Of a DNA stretch of 64,000 nt, positions 38,185 to 50,780 are shown one piece after another. A program made the position numbers and the translations under genes. The DNA is taken from positions 752,009-816,008 of the forward strand of contig NW_027192194.1 in the NCBI RefSeq assembly GCF_041956535.1, written 5' to 3'. Source of the DNA: Calcarisporiella thermophila CBS 279.70. Its lineage: Eukaryota > Fungi > Calcarisporiellomycota. Every line of letters begins with the position of its first letter. The stretch's first letter is position 1. The notes under the pieces are model-generated. The model did no database searches. It saw nothing but the letters and a program-made list of their open reading frames with translations, and was not told where the DNA came from.

Positions 38185-40359
38185 TCAGAGCGAGAACCGA
38201 AAAGCCAAATCTCTATCTGTCATTTCTCTGGTATAAATACCGGCTTTCTCCTGCTCCTGCCCATGCGGATCACTCAACTCCGCCGCAGTTTGTCGTTCTC
38301 GCGCACGATTCAGGATATATAGGTGGAGCTTAATACCAAGAGCCAGGACAATGGTCAGGCACATCACTGCGAAACAGATAGAGTGGCCCCGAACTTTCGT
38401 AGTATGAATCAAACAGTATTAGTCAACAAGTGCCGAACCAAAGGAAACGTATTCAATGCGAGTTTACCATAGTCAGGCTGGTCATCTTTGCGATATATAA
38501 GTGGTCCAGTTGCACCAATTGCGTTGCCAACCGTGGTCATGAAAGCAATGGCTACATTGCGCTTCTCGGCGGGGTAAAAATTAGATGTGCACCACGTCAA
38601 CCCTATGGGGGTAGTGGGAAAGGCTCTGTAGCAACAGATGCATGTGAGAAGCATCTTACTTCTGCACAGCCGCGTTATAACTTACCCCGCATACACCAGG
38701 AAGATTGCAAAATAGCGCACGGCATTGTTTCGCACTAACATCAAAATAAGGAAACCGATTGTCCCAACAGCTGCGATCAGTGCAATATGGAGCCCACGCT
38801 CGTAACGCAATTCACTGTGCATCGATAGCAAAATCGTCAGCAGACACGCCACAACATTCGGTGCCACACTCAAAGCTTGAGAAGTAAGCGTATCGTTCCC
38901 CATTTGGTTGATGATACTGGGCAAAAAATACACAATAGCATAGAGGGGGAAGGTAAAGGTGCCACAAAGCACGCCAAACAGATATAGTCTTGGTTCGCGG
39001 AACACATCCATGACCCAGTGCAACTTGACTCGTGTCATTTTTTCTTCGTGGAATCGAACATCCCGCTGAAGTCGCTCCACGGCGAGCTTTCGTTCTTCCG
39101 AGGTGAGAAACTTGGCATTGGTAGGGAAATCTGGAAGCAAGAGGAAAGTGAAGAAGGCAACTATAATAGTGGGGAGACCCTCGATAATAAAGAGCCACTG
39201 CCAAGGTCGCAGCGGTTGACTGATGCGCGTTATTCCAAATGCAATCATACCACCTGAATGATTCGTATCATATTACCATGACCAGAAGTTTCATTAGATT
39301 CTTGGCAATGGTATATAAAATCTTATTATATTACCAAAAGCCCCGGCAAGACTTGCACCAGCAAAGACATAGGCCAGGCGAGATGTGATTTCATGTCTTC
39401 GGTACCAGAGTGTCAAGTCTGTTAAATAAAAATTGAAAATAAAAATTGCCGCTATTATTAGTAAAGCTGATAGCCCCCCTGCTACTTACAATAAATTAGT
39501 CCAGGAAAGAGTCCAGCTTCAAATAGACCAAGTAAGCTATTTGCAATATCAGCTGATCAGCATCACCATGTCCAATATATACTTTTTGATGAATTCCTTA
39601 CAATCTCGTAGAGAGCAAGCTCTTGAAATCGGTCGAGAAAGCCATGCAAACCGCTATTATCCCCCAAAGTAACATGATTAAAGACAGCCATAGCGAAGGT
39701 CGAAGCTAAGAGAACACATAAAAGAGAAATCAGTCTAACTTATGTAAAGTTCAAACATTCAAAAGCTTACTCTTTTTAGCGCAATATTGGAAGGAATTTC
39801 GAATAGTGCGTAGCCTGTAAAAGACATATTAGAAGACAACTGAAAAGTTGTAGTTAAAATTGCGGAATTACCAAAGAAGAATATGATAATGCACCACAGA
39901 AATTGCCCCTCTGTGAGATTAAGATCCTTTTCTATATCAGCTATTTTGGCCTAATGAGGTAGATAATTAGTTGGATATGGGAAGTTCAGAAACACAATGG
40001 AATCAGATATATATACATTCGAAATATTCGTTCGATCGAGGAAAGAAAGCAAGTAGAGCAATGTTCCGAACTAAAAAGTAAATACGGGAATTCAAGTCAA
40101 TAAAGACACGATTTTTTTTAAAAAATAATCGCGTAGGTTACTCAACTGGAAGAATGCGTTTATCGAGCTTCCGAAGCAACCGTTTTTCAGCATCAGGATC
40201 GATGCTTAATTCTTCATTCACGACCCCTTGTGCTTGGGGGTAATCACGAGTCTCTTTACTCTTGGTGCCCATTGCAATAGGGATTTCGGTTTGATTATCT
40301 TCGGGATGTGTGTCCTCCTTCTGGTCCATATCCTTAATTTCAACAAGGAAATTTTTCAT
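38185..40359 (-). CDS. MFS transporter, anion:cation symporter (Tna1/Dal5 allantoate-permease-like) family; many exons
   Basis: EKRLLRKLDKRILP, SFLDRTNI, FEIPSNI, LFEAGLFPG, WYRRHE, WQWLFIIEGLPT, LPDFPTNAKFLT, FRFSL C-terminus. Confidence 0.93.
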
Positions 40360-42024
40360 AACGCTTTGTATTTATACGGAAGTGAGTGGCTTAATTCGCT
40401 AGCAATCATCTTCACTATAATAGGAAGTACAGCCCTGACAATCAGGGGTTGGACAGGGCATGACTTTAGTCTGAATATACTCGGACACAGAGTATAAAAT
40501 CGAAAGGCCGCCTTGATAGACAACTCGTCGAGCAGCTGCGAAAATACGTTATGACTAACTTATTTTAGCAAAGATCGGACCTGCTATTCACCAAATGGAA
40601 ATATAGAGTCGCAACGTGCCTCCTAGCTAGGAAATTCTAGTAAAGTCCTACGTATTGCTTCAACTAAATCCTAATGTTTTGAACTCACTATTAATATCGC
40701 GTGCCCTCTTCTATAAGTAAATATGGAACTAAATCCCTGTGCTCTAACCATCTTTGGAATTTTTCATATTGCTAGTGGAATCCACCTTTCTCAAGAGATT
40801 TTCGTATTATACATGGAAGATTCATTTTGGCTTACTCCTTCTAATTACTATATACTACCTAATTACTTATATTTAAAATTTCATAAGCGGCGACTAGCTT
40901 CAGCATTCATATACTCAAAATATCCTTTCCCACCGTTCATATGAACTCCAGACATTGCATGGTATAATGTGCATGGTATAATGAGCTGCATGAATTGTGG
41001 CAAGTTTTTCCCAATGTGACATTCTTGAACCTTTAACATACAGTAAGATAGATTGGTGAGTGTGAATTTATTAATACTTGAGAGAAAAATTGGATGGGGG
41101 GAAATGCGTTCCTAGGCTATTTTCATCCAAATTTCAAGCGCAAGTACACATCAAGCTCTAGAGCCATCTAGCAAAATTTGCGGGTATAGTGTGCAGGGGC
41201 AGATGGAGTTTATGAGTGCGTAGTTAAAAGTGTGATTTATTTTATAAGATATTTGATTGATTTGATTGAAAGAAAATGAAATAAAAAAAAATAGAGCGAT
41301 CCAGCACAGAGCTTTAAATCCTTTCATCGAGTGAGACAAGAGTGCCTTAGCTTCTAGAGCAATATCAGGATCTCGTATATAATTTATTTCAGCAGTGGGA
41401 CTAATCATATTCCCTGCTGAACTGGGATTCTACGAGAACCGTGCCCTCTCTTAATGACACGCCTCCAAGTGTATCGTGGGTAGAAAACTGTCTATATAGA
41501 AACTCGTATAACCGCTTGACTGGCAGGCCGGTTACCTTATTTCCCTAGCCTCGTACGCAAGCAGTGCTTATATCTCTTGTGATAGTAAGAATAAGGTTTT
41601 TCCATCGGAGTCGCACACTCAACTGATTCATTTTGCAACATGAACGATAAATACTCGACGAAAGATTATGAGGTGAATACGGAATTTTGATCGGATCCGT
41701 TTTCACGGACCACCCCCCGTTTTTAGAACCTGATCTCGATGTTGTCCCCTTTGCTCCCGCCAACCGAATTTTATATTTAGTTTTGCAGTGTGACAATTTC
41801 GGTATTGGAGTGTTTCGGTACGACGAGTGTCAGAAAATGCGAAATTAAATTTCCATGGCACTTATATATTAATGAGGGCATCTAATAAATGCTTGCTGTA
41901 AATACGGTTTCTTTATTAACGCTTTCTCCTCCCTCTCAAAGCCATTCTCTCTTTTTTTTTTTCCTCTCCCTCTGGTTTACTCTTTTTTCTTTTCTTTATT
42001 GCGATCTCCTATATTCTCACAAAT

Positions 42025-43201
42025 ATGCGCGTCATTTCTTATCTCTCCCTCTTACTGCTGGCCGCCTCGGTCTCTTCAGCTGCAAAGTAGGTCACTCACT
42101 GGATTAGCTCTGCCCACGTTTCGCTGATTGACATGCTATGCATTTGATTCTAGGAGTAGCAATGCCACTATGAATGCAGCCATTCAGGGCTCCGTAAACC
42201 TTGGGAATGCCACCACTACCCAAAAGCCAGCAGGGGGCGAAACCTCGGTAAAAACAGGAAGTAAAAATTCCACAGAAACGACTGCAGTTAATGCCACCGG
42301 CACAGAATCAGCCGTGGCCCAAGTGATCACCAAGTGCACTGTCCCAGGCACGTTTGCTATCACCTTTGATGACGGGCCGTTTCAGTTCACAGAGGGTTTG
42401 GTCGACTATCTCAACCAGAACAAACTCAAGGCAACGTAAGTTAAACGCTTCATCTGGGGTTTTGCCATTTTGGTGGTGGTGATTGTGAAGTACCAAGGCT
42501 CACCTTCTCTGCTCTCTCGCTTGTCCAGGTTCTTTGTCAACGGAAAGAATTATGATCGTATCGAAACCTATGCCAAGGTAGTCAAGAAGATGTTCGACTC
42601 AGGACATCAAATTGGCTCGCACACCTGGTCGCATAAGGACCTCGCCACTTTGAAAGAATCAAGCATTCGGTGCCAGATGAAGAAGCTCGACTGCCACCTT
42701 AAGAAGATCATTGGTGTGCGGCCGATATACATGAGACCACCTTTCGGATCGGTGAATAAGCTCTGCTTGAGGGTGCTCGGTGAGATGGGATACAAGGTGG
42801 TGACGTGGGATGTGGACTCGAAGGATTATGAGGTCAACAACCTCGAGAAGGAACAAGCGAATTATCAGAAGGACTTGAATGGTGCAGACCCCAAGACCAC
42901 CGGCCATATGTAAGTTTTATTGGTTGGTTCCGGCGGGCCGGCGTCATATTGCAGCACGTACTGACCATACAATGTTTCCTTCACCTTATAGCTCCCTACA
43001 ACACGATGTCTACAACATCACAGCAGGACAACTTGCTCCCTGGGCATTTGACTTCGTACAAAAGCAGGGCTATAAGGTATGATAGAAATGTAAGAATCGC
43101 TTATAGAATAGGCTCGCTCACATTGTGTCTCTCTGCTATAGGCGGTCACCGTTGCTGAATGCCTGAACGATAGCGATCCAAAAAATTGGTATCGCGCCTA
43201 A
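42025..43201 (+). CDS. Secreted CE4 polysaccharide (chitin) deacetylase 3 with Ser/Thr/Asn-rich N-terminal spacer; 5 exons
   Basis: MRVISYLSLLLLAASVSSA signal; TFDDGP, HTWSH, RPPFG, DSKDY, LQHD. Confidence 0.95.
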
Positions 43202-43621
43202 AATTCTGTGCATGACAGCCGTTAACTTTTTCTCAATTTTTCGAATGCTCTCCTGGTCGAGGCCAAATCTATCATCACTCAGCAATTCCTTATCTAATCC
43301 TCTCCTTCAGCTTAGAGTTTTTTTTTCTTCTCCTGTTACCATATTTTAGTAATTCCACCCATGTGTAGACGCCATATTTAATTATATAGTGAATTTAATA
43401 ATACCACACATATGGATTGAATGAAGTTTTTTTCACATGTGTCTGCGCCACATGTTCTATCCTCACGTAGAATTTTCAAAGAGGTAGAAAACGACTTGAA
43501 GCACGATTAGTATCAGTCAACTTCATTCTTTTCTTTCCCCCCTCTATATTTATTTTTCTCATCAAGCTGCGGTCAAGGCCTGCCTAATTCTCTATTTGGA
43601 TAAAATTGTCTGGGTTGAAAG

Positions 43622-45179
43622 ATGTCTGCTGATGATAATTCCGATCAGAATGCATCTGAATTGCCACCTGCTGTGTCAGAAGATAACAGCACGCTCTCCT
43701 CCGCTCCTAGCGACGATAACTCAGCGCCTACACCATTATCGGAGACGAGAACTACTGATCCCGTGAGAGACCTATTAGGTGAACGCATGACTCCCGAGGA
43801 AAGAAAAAAAAAGCGTGATCAGCTTCTTAAAATGCAACAAAAGGCACGCGAGCGGCAGTCTTTATCCAACTCGACTGCCCCCGACTCTGCGCCCAGTACG
43901 GTTTCAAATATGGCGGCTGCTAATAATGCATCACCACCCCCTACAGTGGCATCATCACCAGAAGTATCTGCAAATGGGAATGGAGGGGCCATTCGTGAGG
44001 ATATGGTTCAACGCGCTGTGCAATTTTTAACCTCGCCCAATGTTCGTTCGGCGCCCCGTGTACGGAAAGTGACATTCTTGGAAAAGAAGGGCTTAACACC
44101 CCGAGAGATCGAGGTTGCTTTTGAGCGGATCGGACCAGAGACCGATGAGAAATCGACTACTGAGGTAATTTCTCAATCCCGCATGACGAGTCCACCTGAC
44201 ATTCACTCGGTCCTTTGCGAAATATTTACTATATTTCTATATTTCATAGGGCGCAGAGGGAGAAGCGTTGCTGTCCTCAACAACAAACACAAAAGAGGTA
44301 AGCCCAGCCCCCGCGCCAGCTCCTCCGCCTCTCCCAGCCAAGACCTATGTTTCCGCCCCATCCCAAGCTTATCTCTACCCTGGTAATGCGATGCCACCAC
44401 AAGGATACCACTACCCATACGCAACACAACAGCAGATGATCCAGCCGGTAAGCCCGTGGAAAGGAGTCGTTTTAACTCTGCTATTGACGGGAGCGCTTGC
44501 CGCGGGCGTACTGAGTTTGATCAAGGTAAAAATGAGCACCGATTTTTTTGGTGGATATCATGAAAAGATAGATAACTGAGCTCGGTCGCGTTAACAGAGG
44601 CTGGCATTACCCTATCTTCACTCCATCATCAAGTTCCGCTCGTCACTCTTTCAACATCAGAATTCACTATTGGCTGCCTTGAGCGCCAAACTTAAATCCA
44701 TGGCCTTCTCCCCGTCTTCCAGGGATCCATCGGAACAGCCTTCTGCCTCCTCCACTGACAACGTCGTCCCAGCTGTCGCCGCAGATAACTCAGCCCTTAC
44801 ACTGGGTCCCACTCTCGAACGCCTGCAAAAGCTCCAAGCATCCCTCATCTCCTACCGTCTCCAGGCCACCGCCAGCGAAGAAACTCGCACTTCGCTCTTG
44901 ACCTCGCTTGGCGAGGTCATCGACACCGTCGCCAAAGAAGCCTACTCTCACGCTAGCGGGTACAACAGCGGCTCCTGGCGGTTTGCGGGGGAGAACAACG
45001 CCGTCGCGCAGGTGAAGAGCGAAATCCGAAGCTTGAAGGGAGTGCTCCTGAATCGCCGAAATTTCCCGACGGTGCCCACCGTGGCATCATCACTGTCGAG
45101 TGGTGTCAACCGGGCAGCGGCCGAGGATAAGTCGAAGCCAGTCGGGGCTAACCCAGCGACAGGGGCCGATCAACAGTGA
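43622..45179 (+). CDS. PEX14: Peroxisomal docking peroxin Pex14; 3 exons
   Basis: IREDMVQRAVQFLTSPNVRSAPRVRKVTFLEKKGLTPREI (Pex14_N); W+TM segment; KSEIRSLKGVLLNRRNFP. Confidence 0.93.
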
Positions 45180-45594
45180 CCCTGTTGATGGCGTGTTTAT
45201 TAGCGGGGGAACGGAGATCCCCTCTATTCTATGGATGGGACGCTTCTCCATTTTGTATATCTTATTTGCTTAGAATGAGGATGAGGACTTTATAATAATA
45301 ATACATACATCAAAGAACAAAGCCGAGAAAAAACCGAAAAACAGGAGGAAAAAAAAACCTAAAGCAACCAGAAAGAAACCCATTTAAACAAGGAAAGGGA
45401 AATAAAAAAACCAGTAGAGATGAAGAGTGAAATAGCAGAAATGATAATAAAATAGAGAGGAATAGCACCATGGAGAGGAATAAATATGCGTGACGGAGGC
45501 AAGGAAAACATGAGAATGGGGAGGGGAAGGGTTGTGAAGCCTAATATGCATATCAGGCTCGATGCGCGCTCTTTTTGATAGGTGACTTTTTGCC

Positions 45595-47384
45595 CTAAAA
45601 GTCTATAAATAATTCCTGGTAGCTCTTCTCGCCCACAGCCAAACTGCCTCCATAAGTGCCCTCCGCCTCTTCCGGGTAAGCGTCGAAGCAGCTGGCATCC
45701 GAATCGGCACTCACGCGTGGGATATAGGGCGGAGTCACCTCTTTCCTCACAAGCTTACCCCAGTCCACCGACTCAAACCACTTGTGTCTCTTCACATCCT
45801 CACACCCGCCTTTCAAGTTCCCGAGCCGCTTACTTAGGTCCTTGGCGAGAAGCCGCTTTATCAAATCTTTTGCGGCGCCGTCAAAGTGGCTGGGGAAGCG
45901 GGGTCTTTTCGCGGCCACAATTTTCTCGTACAACCGCATCGGATCTGGATCGTGGTAGGGGGGGTGCCCTGCCAGCATTTCAAAGATGAGGACACCGAGC
46001 GCGTAAAAGTCGGCAGCCTTGCCGTAGCCTTTGGTCGTGATAATCTCGGGCGCGAGATATTCTATTTAGGCGGGGGAAGCGGAGAGGAGCGGAGGATGTT
46101 AGCTAGGGAGGGAAATCGGAATAAACTTTAGCAAAACCTAAAGCGGTTACCTGGAGTCCCACAGAGTGTGTAGGTGACATTATCGGGGGAATGTTTGGCA
46201 AAACCAAAGTCGGTAATACGTAAATGGCCATTTCGGTCCAATAGAAGGTTCTCGGGTTTCCTAATGCCACGGGGACGCAAAGAAACAAGAACCAAAGTTA
46301 GAACGGGGGTCGTGCAGAGGGAAGCGTTGTGAGAAGGGGTGATTACAAGTCTCGGTAGAGGACATCCATCGAATGCAGATATTCTATTGCAAGCAGGACC
46401 TCGGAGGCATAGAACCTGGCAATGTCGTTGGGGAATCGCTACGGGCACAGCAAAAGCAAGGCTTGAGTCAGCCGGTGCCCACATCTCATAAACCTTAAAG
46501 TGTAAAGATTCACCAACCTGCGATCTCCGCAGCACGCTGAATAGCTCCCCACCCGGCACGAAGTCCATCACCATGAACAGATGGGTAGCATCCTGAAAGG
46601 TGCCCCACAAATTGACGATAAAAGGATGGTTGATTCGTTCAAGGATTCGCTTCTCGTCGTTGGTGTGCTGAACCTGCTTGAAACGCACAATATCCCTTTT
46701 CCGCAGGGTTTTAATGGCGTAGAATTTTTTACTATGGTTCGATTGGGACCTAGAGGGGAGAGGAGAAAAAAATATGAATAAGCACGGTTAGGAGGTAATA
46801 TCTCCACGGCTTACAAATGAACCCTGCCGAATGACCCCGTCCCAAGGGTGCGTATTAGCGTGAAATCCTGCAGCGCCATTTTGCCCAACAATTGAGGTTT
46901 AGGTGGGATTTGTGCGAAGAAATCCTGCGATTTGGATCGTGTTTCTAAGGAGCCAGGCGAAGCGCCTGTAGCTTGAGGAGATGAAATGAGGATCAAAAAG
47001 AGGGGACAAGAAGCTCGTGATATCGAAAAACTTACTGCTCTTCTCATTATTAATCTTTGCCGCGTCCATCGAAGTATCATTCGAGCACTTGTCGCTGGTG
47101 TAGCCACTATCTCGTGGGGCCTGAATCTGCTGCTGCATTTCGCATTGTTTCTGTTGTTCTTGCGCGTAGCTCTTCTCCCATTTTTGTGCCGATGCGGGGG
47201 AATAGAGCGGGTGATCACTGAGGGGTGGCTGGGGCAGTTGGCTGGCTTGGGACTCGACGGGAGGAGTGGGGGTATTAAGGCGAGAGACGTCATGACTGGA
47301 TGGCCCGTTGGATCTGCTAAGCGATTTTTGGCGATGTGAGCCGCCATTCTTAATGACTGAGGTCAGCTTTTGAAGAAACGCCAT
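45595..47384 (-). CDS. pkaC: cAMP-dependent protein kinase catalytic subunit; 6 exons
   Basis: [62 protein letters not shown]-terminal FIDF. Confidence 0.96.
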
Positions 47385-48222
47385 TATTGATGAGAGGGGG
47401 GAGGAGGGCGAGGGGAGGAGAGCCAGACTTTCTCGAGGGTGTTGAGGAGAATGCTCAGATGAATGGAAAAAAAAAAAGAAAATGGAGCGATGTCGGTATT
47501 ACATGTATCTGGAGAGAAAACGGTTAAGTGTTGACAAAAGCTAAAAAAAAAAAGCTAATGGGGATTGGGAAGTGTAGAAGAGCAGAATTAAGAATGGGCG
47601 GGTTAGACAAATGACATTGGTGGCAAAATGATACCACGCCCCTCAGGATTCATTTGATAGGTGACCGCCATTCCACCGGTTTAAGGCCCACCTGCTTAAT
47701 TGCTTGTGGGCTCCTCGATCATGCACACATGGAGACAAAACAAGCACGTTATCACAAAGCAGGACTCGAATTCGCTATTGCTGCAGCCACACAGGGGAGC
47801 TGCGCAACAGAAGGGGCCTCGAGCCCTCCCCTGCTGAGTGGGCGGATCCGATGACGATAACGAGCTCGCTGGCGTCATGCCCCGTTCCGCGCCAGCTTGC
47901 GAGCATTTGCGTTTGCCACCCGAACAGCAGGGGCTCTAGCTGTTAGCCCGAGATCCGGAACACGGGGCTAATGAGTATTTTCAGTTTGGGCAGTGGAAAA
48001 GAAACGACTTTTAGACAAATAGGGATAAATAGTGTATATAGAATGGCGTGGGCATTACAAGCGATAAGTAGGCCGGGATAAGATTAACAATGGTATTTTA
48101 CAATAAACAAAGGGGAAACACACACTTCTCGCTCCTTCTGTTTCAATAAATATCACTTTGTAGAGGTCCGGGGAAAACGTATCTGCTCTTGGCTCTAGGG
48201 AGGGGAGGGGGGAGGAGCCAGG

Positions 48223-49749
48223 CTAGTTGGCAGGCTTCTGGCCGTAGGCAAACACCCACTTGCCGTGTCCATTGGGATAATCTTCGCTCAAGAGCTCCTG
48301 CTGGGCCTTGCTGAAGAGATCCTCGAATTCTTCATCGGACACCTGCATTACCTTGAGCAACGAGGGTTTGGCGGCTCGGATCAACAGGAGGACGTCTTCC
48401 GCGCCCGCAGCGCCAAGTTCAGAAGTGGCTCCGCAAGGGCCGATGCGTTTATTTTCAGCAATGTGGATCAGGCCCAATGACTTGAGATTTGGGCCGAGAT
48501 TGTCAAGAATGCTCGTATCGATGTTTTTCGACTCCATGACCTTATAGACTATCCGCAGAAGTACGAAAGGTTAGAGGGGGGGGGGGGAGGGACAAAGACT
48601 TTCTGGGGTGCCATAGGCGGGGACGCTTACACTGCTTCAGCAAATGAGTCGAGTTGGGGCCACACTCAAACAGGTCAAACATCGGCTCGGCCAACTATAA
48701 AGGGAGCTCGGTTAGTCGGCAGTATGGGGAAGGGGCAAGTCCGCACAGCCTGATGCTCACCTCAATAAAACCACCCGGTTTCAACACGCGGAACAATTCC
48801 TTATATACGTCTTGGGTTTTATCGCTTGGGTATGCAAGAATCGTGGCACGTTGGAATATAAAATCTAGAGTAGTTAGGCATAATTAGAATGGGGAATCGC
48901 TCTAAGAAGCCTCTTTTTGGAGAAGGGCCCAGGCACACGAACCAAAGGTATTGTCCTCGAAGTCGAGGCCATCTAAGATATTGTTTTGAACAAAAGTACA
49001 ATTGGGGGGTTTGATGCTATTTGGGAAGATGGGTAACATGTCCACGCCGACGAACTCGCTGTTGGGGTATTCAGATGCCTATAAGAACGGAGGGTTAGAG
49101 TCGATACAGGATCAACCAAAGACTTGGAAAAGGGGCATCCACCTACCATATCCATAGTCCACGCACCAGAGCTGCAGCTGCAGTCATGAATAGGATACCA
49201 AATGAAAACAAGTTTAGTGCTTCAACCGAGGAATGAATTGGATTCAGTCGACTAACCCAACATCCAGCACTTTAATTCCTTCTTGTAATCTCGCCTTGAT
49301 GGGGGCCATGAAATTTCCAAACAACTGCTTTAAAATGAAGTGCTGCATGGTCATGCGGTCGCTCTCCTTGCTGTCTAGCGGAAGGGAGTAGGGGGAGTCT
49401 AAACGCCGATGGGAGAGAGAGGAAAAAACAGGGATAAGAAATCAAGACCAGATGGGGACATCGAGAAATGCTTACTCTCGATCTTGTGGTATTTCCTCCC
49501 CTCGATCAGGCTAAAATCCTCATTTTCCTCGTAGGAGATGGTCGAGTTGCTGGTATGATCCATGGTATCTGATGGAGGGTACACTGACTGGCGCTGCTTA
49601 CTCTTTTTCCTACTGTTGAGGAGCCGAGAGGGAGAAGCATTACGGCCATCATGGGGTCAGAGCCTTGCAGGAAAGTATACAGCAGGATGCATCACTTACA
49701 CTAGGCGGTATAATCTCTTGAAAACCTTAGAGTAGAGCAGCGCGTACAT
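48223..49749 (-). CDS. Standalone LaeA-like class I SAM methyltransferase with basic amphipathic N-terminal exon; multi-exon
   Basis: EGRKYHKIENSPYSLPLDSKESDRMTMQH, VLDVGCSSGAW, EYPNSEFVGVD, FEDNTF, VLKPGGFIE, YGQKP; upstream exon 49749-49700 splices in frame to 49612. Confidence 0.88.
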
Positions 49750-50780
49750 GTTCCATCAACCTTTTATCTTGTTCTTGAGAAGGAAGATTGTTTCTAGGTT
49801 TTCCATGGTGAGTAGGGGCGGCCCTAGGAAGAAGGTTCATAAAGCTTCTCCGACCGCCCCATTAAGGAAATCCTCTGGGTTTTCTCGAGGCACAAAGGCC
49901 TATCTCCGCCCCAGCGTCCTAAGCGCAATAAATCAAGATAGACCTCGAACACCGAAGAGCACAGAAGCGGTGGGATGCTCTAGATTTTACAGCGGCCGTC
50001 TCACCTGGGCTATGGCCAAGGTCAGTGTCGGTGAGGAATGGCCCCTTTTGTCCAAAGCCGCGCCTTCATCGGCAATCCCTTTGCCGGCATCCGTGAGCCG
50101 AACCTCATGGATGTCGAGGCAATTCCCCTTCCTCGAGGCAGATGTGGCTCAATCGGGCCTGACCTCACCGCGCAAGGATTGCCCCGTGCATTGCTCTTCG
50201 CCAATGTCTTTCGGAGATCAATCCATCGACCAAGTCTCCCTGTGGTTGGAAAAAAAAAATAGAAATTGGCGAAAGAGAGCGTCGCACTGTCGGCTTGCCG
50301 TCAAACCCCTCAACTTACATCAGGGCTTACGTTGAATTGCGGGGCGATGGCCCGGCGGCCTGCTGCGTGTATTTAAGCCGGCCCGCAAACCCTATCCACG
50401 CTACAAAGCTTGCTCGACTCGGCGGCCTCCCATATTAGAGAAAACACCCCCCTACCCATCCAGAGGTAGAATGATTTCAGACCACCTCGTGCATGATCCA
50501 GCTTTCAGAAGTTTCTTATCGCCTTAGCTGAACTGTGCAGAAGAGATTCGCCCCTCGGATTTTCGACCCTTGTTCTCCCTCTCAGGCTAAAAAATAAAAA
50601 AATCACGCTGCGCGCTTTTCATTCCTAGCATCGCATTGCAATCATCGCAGGAATCCCAAGCAATTTATATTGCCCATCATTCTGCCAAAACCAAAACCAC
50701 ACTCTAAACGCAGGAAACTTACGGGCGACCCCGCCTCCGCTGCCGCCACTGCGACCACTTCTTTAGACCACGACCAACCG

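Noticed and set aside
40956-40990. tgcatggtataatg direct duplication
   Set aside because: Two-copy slippage repeat with no spacer structure or other support
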